A stretch of 64,000 nucleotides of DNA from Geosiphon pyriformis uo1. Its lineage: Eukaryota > Fungi > Glomeromycota. The number at the start of each line of letters is the position of its first letter. Position 1 is the stretch's first letter. Under the pieces are notes generated by a model that was not told the origin of the DNA, searched no databases, and saw nothing but the letters and a program-made list of their open reading frames with translations. This document shows, piece after piece, positions 13,301-23,131 of the stretch. The translations under genes were made by a program, and so were the position numbers. The stretch lies in NCBI GenBank assembly GCA_016748015.1, contig JAAOMT010000439.1:62001-126000 (forward strand). The letters run 5' to 3'.

Positions 13301-14184
13301 GCAAAGACTATGGGAAGAAACTTTCTTCTATGGGAGCCTGGATTGTGCCAGATGAAAACCACTGGATGAGAACCTACTATTATTGTAAACCTTGCCATAG
13401 AAAATGCTATGACTACTCAAAACAACAAGACAAGTAAGACAATGAACCATGTCTTGCTTGCAGTAAACAACTGCTTGACGAAAAAATGTGGAATGACATT
13501 CTTGGTTGAGGAGAAACATATAACATTTCATGCCAATACACAATCCTTATTAGTGACTGGGTAAGTCATGGAATTCCAATTACAGCAGCATGGCACCGAA
13601 CACTCAATCGTTTAGACAGTTATCTCCACGACAAAGAGGAGATCTGGTGAATGGCCAACACTAAAGTAGAAGGTGCTACATCTAGTGAAATACTGGAAAT
13701 TAAAAACAATCCTCTAGAACCAGTCGATATCATTCGTATTCCTAATCCAAATGCTTTCATGGACAAAAAAACAGGTCTAAAAGACTTTCACAAATACTAC
13801 CAAAATTTGGCACCTACAAGAGAAGAGCAAGAGCAGTGTTTAGAACAACTAAACACCCAATTATGTGACTACTGTTTGATTCTCTGTGACTTTCAATATT
13901 GTAATGAGTGTGATCTCATTTACAATTCACTACCACACATGATCTATACAATTCTGGAGGAAATTGAACCAATCAGCAGCTGTGTATCTGAATTGGAATC
14001 ACCATTTGATCCCGATTCAAACTCTGACAATAATGATAACGAAAACACTGGTTCCAGCTTTGTTCAAATTAGTGATAACAATGATGATGATTCCAATTCA
14101 GATTCAAACTCCGACCCAAAATATGAATAATACATTGCACTGCCAAACCTTTTCAAAGAACAGAAGTTGAAATGGTATAGTAAT

Positions 14185-14590
14185 AATAATGAAGGTATCA
14201 TACCAGAACATGCGCACAATACTGATGCTGAATTTGATCTAAGATATCTTAAAAAAGATGTTATAAAATTGGAACCACATTTGTGCACCTGCATAGATTT
14301 GAAAGTAGCACTGAAAATTCCAGCAACAACAATAGTTCAACTAGCATCTAGGAATAGTTTAGTGAAAAGAGAGATTAATATAAAAGAAGGAATAATTGAT
14401 GTAGGATATGTAGAAAATATTATTGCTATGCTATAAAATAACTCTGAAAAGACCTATATTATAGAGCCAAATGAAAAGATAGCACAGGCAATATTCCTGC
14501 CTCTGGTAAAAATAGCTCAGTTAGTATCAGTAAAAAATAGAGAGAAATTAGAGATAACAGCAAGAAGAATACAGAGATTTGGATCAATGG
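14185..14590 (+). pseudogene. Trimeric dUTPase domain within Gypsy pol, between protease and RT
   Basis: Decayed motifs I-V: TDAEFDL, LASRNSL, GIIDVGYVEN, EKIAQAIF, ARRIQRFGSM. Confidence 0.88.
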
Positions 14591-17500
14591 ATAGAATAGA
14601 TGTACCAGTCAATATGGCAGAAAAAGAAATTGTTGACCAAGGAGAAATTATCTCAATGGATCAAACAATTTCCATTTCACTATATGGCCAGTATATAGTA
14701 GGGATAGAGCGGAAAATAAAAGAACAGAATCAGATTTTTGAAGCAAAACCAACCCTTTGTGAATCAAGAGAAATTGGACTTATCAATCTCCATATACTAG
14801 CCAAAGATTACAGCCACATTAAAATTTTCATCTACAATAACACAAAAAATATCATAGTAATACCAGCCGGAACTACCATTGGATACTTAAGCACTGAAAT
14901 AGATAATCAACTACCAAGCACTATTCTGGACTTTCTACAGCTTTGTGGATATGTCGATATTACATTACAAACAATATACGGACGAAGTGAATGTTATTTG
15001 CTCCAACCAAAGCAATTGGAACAAATGAACATGGGAAACTTAGATTCACTCCAATGTATACAGCTCAAGATGTTGCTCAACAATTTCAATAACATTTTTG
15101 CCAGCAAAAACAAGTTTGGCCAAACTGACATCATCCAGCATCAGATCAAGACTGAAGATGCAATGCCAATTAAACAAAGAGCATACAGAGTACCACCAGC
15201 TAGCCATGAAATCATTCATTAAGAAATAAACTGAATGCTTAATAATGGGCTAATTTAATCATCAATAAGCCTATAGTCATCACCAGTGGTACTTGTCTGG
15301 AAGAAGAATAGAAAAATCTGATTTTGTGTGGACTACAGGAAACTCAATGGTGTAACTCGTGAAGACAGCTATCCAACCCCAAGAATACAAAAATTATTCA
15401 ATGCTTTTGGCAAAAACAAATGGTTCTCAACATTAGACTTAAACAGTGATTACTGGCAAGTAGCCATGGATCCAGCTAACAAAGAGAAGACAGCATTCAC
15501 CACTAGAGAAGGGAATTTTGAATTTGAAGTGATGTCCTTCAGCTTAACCAATGCCTCAGCCACTTTTTAACAGCTAATGAAAATCATTTATACTGGCTTA
15601 TTGTGGAAATCAGTAGTTGTATACTTGAACAACACCAATGTATTCTCAAAAACATTTGATGATCATCTTTATCATCTTCAACAAGTGTTCGAAAGGCTAA
15701 AAAGAGCAGAACTAAAGTTAAATGCAACAAAGTGCTTCTTTGGCAAGACAGAACTAAAATTCTTGGAACACATAGTTAACAAAAATGGCATCAAAACGGA
15801 TCCAGAGAAAATAGAAATAGTAAAAAACTTTCCAGTACCAACCAATGTGACTGAATTGAAATCATTCTTGGAATTTGCAAGCTATTATCGACACTTTATA
15901 AAGAACTTTTCAAAGATAGCTCAACCGCTCAATAATCTGCAAACCAAAAATACAAAATATGAATGAACAGAAAGTCAACAAGAAGCTTTTGATATTCTGA
16001 AAAGAAAGCTCATTTAAGCTCCAATACTGATCTACTCAGATTACAACAAACCATTCATCATTACCACCAATGCATTAAGTTAAGCATTGGGAGCAGTACT
16101 ATTGCAGAAAGAACCAGATAGAAGAGAATATCTAGTGGCTTATGTAAGCCAAGAGTTAACCCCAGCCGAAAAGAACTATGGAACACCAGAACTGGAACAC
16201 TTGGCAATCTACTGGGCAGTCATGAAATGGAGCAAATATTTAAGCCAGAAGTTTGATATGTACATAGATTACAAAGAATTAATGTTACTTTAGAAGCAAG
16301 AATTTGGAGACAGCCACCAATCTAGATGGAAAATGGCACTCTCACAATATACTTATACTATACACTATAAGAAAGGAAAAGACAACGGAAATGCTGACAG
16401 TTTGTCGTGAATAAGACAAATCTAAGAACATCTCAAACCCAAAAATATAACAAAACCAGAACAATACCAACGAAAAATATAACAAAAGATGAACATACAA
16501 AAATATTAACAACTTCAACATTATATAAATACTCAATAGTTTAAGGAGAATTTATCTCAAATGAAACAAAAGAGTATCAAACAACAATCAAAATATTTTA
16601 TCACTTACCAAAATATACTTTATTGGAAAAATAAAAGAGATCTAGATCAACCAACCAGAGTAATTACAGAGCCAGAAAAAGAGACAATATTATTCAACAT
16701 GTATTCAAATCCAACAGCAGGACACTTTTACAAAGAAGCAACCATAAAAAGAACCAGAAAAAAATATTATTGGCCATCAATGTATCCAGACATTATTCAA
16801 TATGTTCAAAATTGTGATACTTGTCAGTGAAGAAGAAGAACAAGACCCAGTGAACCATTAAGACCAATCAAAGTAGGACAACCATTTGACTGTATTGGAA
16901 TTGATTTAGTTGGACTATTAACAATTATCAACAGAGGAAACAGATACATAGCAGTAGCCATGGACTATCTCACTAAATGGCCAGAGGTGAAAGCAATTCA
17001 AAAAGTGGATGCAGAATCCATTGCCAAATTTGTTCATCAGAATTTGATTTGTCGACATAAATGTCCAAAAGAATTATTATCAGACCAAAAAACTCATTTT
17101 GTGAACAGAACATTAACAGAATTGAGCCAAAGATTCGGAATTAAGAAACCATTATTATCACCATATTATCCACAAACCAACAGATTAGTCAAAAGATTCA
17201 ACAGAACATTGTGTAAAGCAATAGCTAAGCTCAGCCAAGAAAACCAGAATAATTGGGATTTGTTGATACCATCAGTACTATTTGCTTATCAAACAATAAA
17301 GCAAAATACTACACAAGCAACACTATTTGAATTAGTATATGGTAGAACAGCAACACTACCAGTGGAAATAGAAGTCAGCACATACTCAACCAAACTAATA
17401 ACAGAAAAGAATTTCAAAAACACATTGTTGACAAGAACATATGACTTAATAGAAACATTAGAAAACAAACAATGAAGAGCAGCTGATAACATACAAAGGT

Positions 17501-18553
17501 TACAAGAGAAACAAAAAGAAAGACATGATAACCAACTACCAGATAAACCAGTTGAATTCAAGATTGGAAACAAAGTACTACTATATTGTACCAAAGCGGA
17601 AAAACAATGGAGTGGAAAATTTGACCCCAAATGGAACAGACCATTTCACATAGAAGAAATTCTAGGAAATGGAGCTTACAAATTAAGATTGAATAACAAA
17701 ATCTTGACCAAAGCAGCACATGGAGATTGATTGAAACCATACCACTATATAATATCATTATTTACCAGTAATATTTCACAACTAGGAGTACAGAGAATAC
17801 TAGTCCAACCAGATGAGATTCCACAAAATCTGGAACCAATCATCATCATTAATAACAACACATCTAATTGATTGACAGAAAGAATATATAAAGGCATGGT
17901 CAACACGACAGAAAAATGCAGAAAAATAGAAATTACTGACAATATCTATTCATTAGCACAACAAATCTTTCAATTAATCCAACACCAGGAGATAGAAATT
18001 ACAATCAATTAACAAACCATTCAATATAAAAGTACTGTAAGGATACCACAACACAAAGTACAGAGAAAACTTGAAAATATTGTTAACAAGATTATGACCA
18101 AGGTAAAATTGGCCATAAAAAAACAACAAATAGTCAGATTACACCAAGAACTTACTAGAGAAACTTGGACTTGGTGGATGCAACAATTTCCAAAAAACTA
18201 TTGTTATTTTCACTTGGGACAACACATAAATATCCAGAATTTGTACACCGACAAAACAAAACAATTATTCAACACAACAATACTAAGACAACTGGAACAA
18301 TTTATGGGAAAGAACAATCTAACCACACAAGCTCAAGCCATTTACCAGCTATATATGAGATTTCAAAACCAACCAGAAATCTTACTCAACACAGCAATGG
18401 ATACAGTTACGAGTAATTAATTGGGGAAAATGACCAATGCCCAATTTGAAAAATTACAAACTCAAATAACACAAGTAATACTTGAAAAAAAAGTTCAAGA
18501 AATAATTCAAGAGGGGGAACTAAAAGAGTTAAATTTCAACGGAGCTCAATATT

Positions 18554-18568
18554 AAAAGAAGGGAATAA
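18554..18568 (+). promoter_or_regulatory. Polypurine tract of element C
   Basis: AAAAGAAGGGAATAA directly before the TGTTAC of the 3' LTR. Confidence 0.8.
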
Positions 18569-19447
18569 TGTTACTCATAGAATAGAGGAAGTATATTATT
18601 ATTAGCAAGTAGAGATTAGCCAATCAGAAGTAAATGTAGTAAATGTGGAATTTCAGGATTCCTCTCAGAGGAATTGCAGGATTTCAAGAGTTTCAGGATT
18701 CTCCAGTGAAGAATTGCAAGATTCCAGAATTGCAGGATTCCTTTCATTAGGAATTGCAGGATTTCAGAAATTCCAGGATTCCTGTTGCAAGGAATTGAAG
18801 AATTGAGGAATCTCAAAGATGTATATATAGTAGTAGCATTAAAAGCAGAAAAGACAGAATTGACACCAAGAATCTTTAACTTAGTTACCACAATTTTCAA
18901 ATAAATAATTATTCATTATCTCAAATCTATTCTTTACTATCAACATGAAGTGTTGATAGTAACTGATACTTAACCATACTGAAACAATAGCTCTTGATCA
19001 TGGCTATTGACGGGATACTAACTTGTAAACCATCTTGGCTTATTTCTTATTTTCTCTTTATCTTTTCTTTATTTCTTTGTTGTCTATTAACTTGATTAAA
19101 GAACTTACTCTTGGAGGACTTACAGAGGAATAAACTTGCTTAAACAATACTTATTTTTGGAGGACTTATGGAGGAACTGATATCAGGAAACAGCACTAGT
19201 ATACACTTATGGAGGATATCGTACCAGAAGAATCATCAACCATCAAGCTGAGCAAGCAATCGACAAAACTATGGTTTCAGGAAACTACTGATAAACTGTT
19301 ACCATTGAATCTCTGTCCATTATACAAAGAACTCAATTGGAAAACCTTCAGATAAAATACCTTCAGATTATCATTGTTACTAATTGCTTTGCATACCAAG
19401 TTATGGGTTGGTTATTCACTCAACACTCCAAAAAATCATTTGTAAAA
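18569..19447 (+). repeat. 3' LTR of element C
   Basis: Starts TGTTAC and ends TGTAAAA (decayed TGTAACA); U3 array of GAATTGCAGGATT-like units at ~18645-18810; TATA near 18822. Confidence 0.92.
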
Positions 19448-21351
19448 CCAGGTTTTGTGTTGACATCCTTGGCATTCTTTGCTGGTTCCAGTTCATGTTG
19501 GTATCAGGCCTTCAAATAACTTTTTGGCTGGAGTGGTTAAAATTTTTTCTGGGTGTGATTTATTTTTGGGTAACTCTCAGGCCTATGCTTTTTGTTTTTG
19601 GAGTGGTACTCCTATATCTGTGGTTTTTAGTGAACCATGTTTTCTCAAGTGTATCTTGTCTCTTAAATGTTATAGAATCATTTTTGTGGAGCAACTGCAT
19701 GACTAACACAGTAGTATTTTTAATTGGAAGACATTTAAGCATTGGAAGAGATTGGACCTCTGAGGCCCAATACCCTTCTGGTTTGATCTCTCTGTCTGTT
19801 TTCTTAGTAGTGCTGTTCCCATCTCTGAGTGCTCTTTGCTTGTGAATGATAGTGTTGTATCTGATGTTCATTGGTCTTATGGCTATGACATCATTTGTAA
19901 TAATCTGTTGACTGTTGATATGGCTCATCTTTCTGTGTATACAGATGGGTCTCTGTGTAGTTTGAGAACTGCCAACATGAAGGCTGGTGCTGCTGTTTTT
20001 TTTGAAAACATTAATTCGGGTCTGGGTGTGAGGGTGTCTGGTCTGGTTTCTTCTACTCTGACAGAACTACAGGCCATTGCTTTGGCTCTTGAGTGTATTC
20101 TCTCTTTTTGATCTGTTGACTTATTTTCTGACAGCTAGGCTGTGTTGGATGTGGCAAGTCAGAATCACTTTTGGTCCATCCAGATTTTAGGAATCAGTAT
20201 TGGATTGAGCATTGCCATATTACTAATATTATTTGTTACAAGAATTTATATGTTAATTGGATTAAAGTTTGGGGGCATTTCGACATTTCGGGCAATGAGT
20301 GTACTGATGTGCTTACTAAGGATGCTGTTCTGTCTACTTGGCATCTGCCCCATTTGGTTAATGAATGGTTTCTCAAAGCTGGTGGTGCTGTAGTTTTGGG
20401 TAATTCTAGACATTTTGTTCACAACATTTTCCAGTCTATTCATTGTGCACATTGGGAGATTGGATCTGGTTCACAGATCATGTTAGATAGTTTGTATACT
20501 GATGTCAACTGGTCTATGTCCTCTATGGTATGGCACACGAATTCTCACCTGGCTGTTGGTTTCACTAGTAAGTGTACTGCTGGTTTTTGTACATATTTTA
20601 TGAAGGCTCTTCATTGTCGGCTTCCAGTTGCTGTGTGCAAATGTTTGTATAATAAGTGTTATCCAAGTGTGGTCTGTCTATTCTGTGGCAAAGTTGAGGT
20701 TTCTGACCATGTCTTTTGCTGTCTATTTGATGATGCTGGCTGTGTTCAATTGCTAAACACTCATGTATTAATATGAAAGGCTTATTTTGGTTTGTTTCAG
20801 TCTTCCTTACACATTTTACAGATGTTGTCTACCTGTGTTTCTAATGTTACTGTTGATATGGCTCTGTGCAAGGGCTTTGTTTTCAATAATTGGTTCCATA
20901 AGTTTGTTTCAGTTGTTAAAGATTTTAAGATTGCAGCTTTGGAGGTAGTGGACTTTGTTCATACATTTTGTCTCAAATTCCAGAAAGATATTTGGTTGGT
21001 CTATGCCAAACACTGGGCTTTTATGGATAAGAATGGGTTGATTTCACATAATGGTTCCATTTCTGTTTTGATTTCTGGTTTGTCTATGTTATTTTTGGCT
21101 GGAATGATTAAGTTGCTGGATATTGCTAAAGCATTTGGTGTTGGTTTCGGTTTTTATAAACGTTGTTTGTTTTTTTCAGACATTAGGGACTTAGTTTTTG
21201 TTCATATAGGTGCATAGTGTTGTTCTGATTAGTTTGAGTGACTGGTTACATGTAGAAAATGCATGATTCATTCTTAGTTTAGATCATTTGTATAATGTAT
21301 AGTATTAGGTTATATTTGGATCTCACTCATTAAATTTAAATAAAAAAAAAA
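19448..21351 (+). mobile_element. 3' fragment of a LINE (RNase H, C-terminal CCHC, 3' UTR, A-tail)
   Basis: VYTDGSL...ELQAIALALE, WIKVWGH...GNECTD and CLFCGKVEVSDHVFCC, homologous to ORF2 at 23132-27817; tail cattaaatttaaataaaaaaaaaa. Confidence 0.9.
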
Positions 21352-22985
21352 CAAAAACAAAAATAATAATAGATATTATAAAAGATTTAACAATTTTTAA
21401 AAAAATAAAAAATAAAAAATTAATAAATTAAACTTAAATAATAGTATTATTAAAAGTTTTAATTGTTTTTTAAAATAATATTAATATTAAATTATTTTTA
21501 ATTTTATTGTTAATGAAAGTTATTAAACTTTTAATAAGCTAATTTATTTTCAAAATATTTTTTTATACTTTAAACTATTTGTATTATTGGTTTTTTATAA
21601 GCCAAAAAAATATTAATTTTATATTAAATTAATTTTTTGTTATATTTTTTTTTAATATTCTAAATTTTTTTCTTTTTTTTACATATATATTTTTTTTATT
21701 ATAAGTAATTAATTTTAATTATGCTATTTTTTTATTATATTATAAAAAAATTATCTTATTATAATATTATTTAAATAAAAATTATATAAAAAATATATTA
21801 TTAAAAACATATTAATTAAATATTTAAATAATATTATTTTTAATTTATATTTACTATTTTATAACTTTTTAATGATTTTTTATTTTTATTTTTAAATTTA
21901 TAAAAATCATTTTTTTTAATAATCAATTAAAAAAAATTTGATTTACTTTAATATAATAAATTTAGTTTATTATTAATTTAATTTAATTTTTATGTTTTAA
22001 ATAAATCCAATTTTTTTTTAAAAACATAATACTAAATTAATTTTTATTTAAAAATAAATATTAATAACATTATAATTTTTTTGTTTTATAACTTTTTTTT
22101 GTTTTAATTTTTTTGTATATTATAAAATAAATTTATATAATTATGTTTATTTTATAATTAAAATATTTTTAATATATATTATAACAAAAAAATTTTAAAT
22201 CTGTAATTTTATTTAATAATACTAATTTGCTTTTATTGTTATTATTTAAAATAAATAACTTTTTTTATCTATAGTCATAATAAAATTGAAAAAAAACAAA
22301 AAAATCAAAGTTTTATTTTTTATAAAAAAAACTGGCTTTAAAACACTAAAACTAATACAAAAAATAAATTTTTTAATATTTAAAAAAAGTTGTTATTAAA
22401 TATAATAAAGATTTAAAAAAATTATTTTTTGGCTAATTAGTTTTTTTGATTATTTAAACAATAGTAAAAAAAAAAATAACTTGATTATTAATTTTAAAAA
22501 AGACAAAAATTAAATTAAAATTGTTAAGTAGTTTTAATAACTATATTTTTTAATAAAAATATTATTAAGTATTTTAAAAATAAAAAAATAAATTTTTTTT
22601 TGTTTTAATTATAATCATAATAATACAAAAAAAAAGAATTTTTTTATTTTAAATATTTATAAAAATATTGTAAAAACCAATAACAATAATAATAACAATA
22701 ATAATAACAATAATAATAACAATAATAATAACAATAAAAACCAAAAATAAATATTAAAAATTTTGTAATTTTAAAAATAATAAAAAATTTAATAAGTTTA
22801 ACTTTAATAATAATATTTAAAAAAACTTTAATTACAAACTTTATATAAAAATTATATTAATATTAATAAAATTATAAAAAAACCAAAATAAAGTTTTAAT
22901 GTATTCATTTTAATTCTAATAAAAACATTAAATATCAAATACTAAAATAAAATTACTTATTTAAAAAACTTTTAATAATTGGTAA
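21352..22985. other. Ultra-AT-rich low-complexity block between two tail-to-tail LINEs
   Basis: Almost devoid of G/C; includes an (AATAATAATAAC)n run at ~22679-22735. Confidence 0.9.
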
Positions 22986-23131
22986 TTATTTTTTATTTTA
23001 TTTATTTAATGCATTTAATGAGTATAGCCCAATCGCTATCTAGTACATAGAACCAAACTAAGAGACTCAAACTAAATGCGACTCATGCACTTTCTACATG
23101 TGGCTAGCCACTCAGGCCAGACAAGGCAACA

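Larger units (their letters stand above)
10291..18555 (+). pseudogene. gag-pol polyprotein pseudogene, single reading frame broken only by nonsense codons
   Basis: ORF pieces at 10291, 11329, 12406, 13141, 13651, 14167, 14587, 15328, 15577, 16087, 16561, 16960 and 18094 are all in one frame. Motifs: CHNCGKQSHIRANC, LILDSGLAGS, DYRKLN, YLNN (for YLDD), RNase H AEKNYGTPELE, integrase H..H..CDTC, DYLTKWP and a GPF-like KWNRPF. Confidence 0.92.
9705..19447 (+). mobile_element. Near full-length decayed Ty3/Gypsy retrotransposon 'C' with dUTPase
   Basis: Paired LTRs, PBS and PPT; order gag-PR-Cys-rich-dUTPase-RT-RNaseH-IN (Gypsy order). Confidence 0.95.

Noticed and set aside
17896-18555. env gene
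   Set aside because: No signal peptide, furin site or transmembrane segment; reported instead as an unknown domain.
22980-23010. Target-site duplication of the intact LINE
   Set aside because: Both flanks are A/T runs; the apparent match is imperfect and expected by chance.
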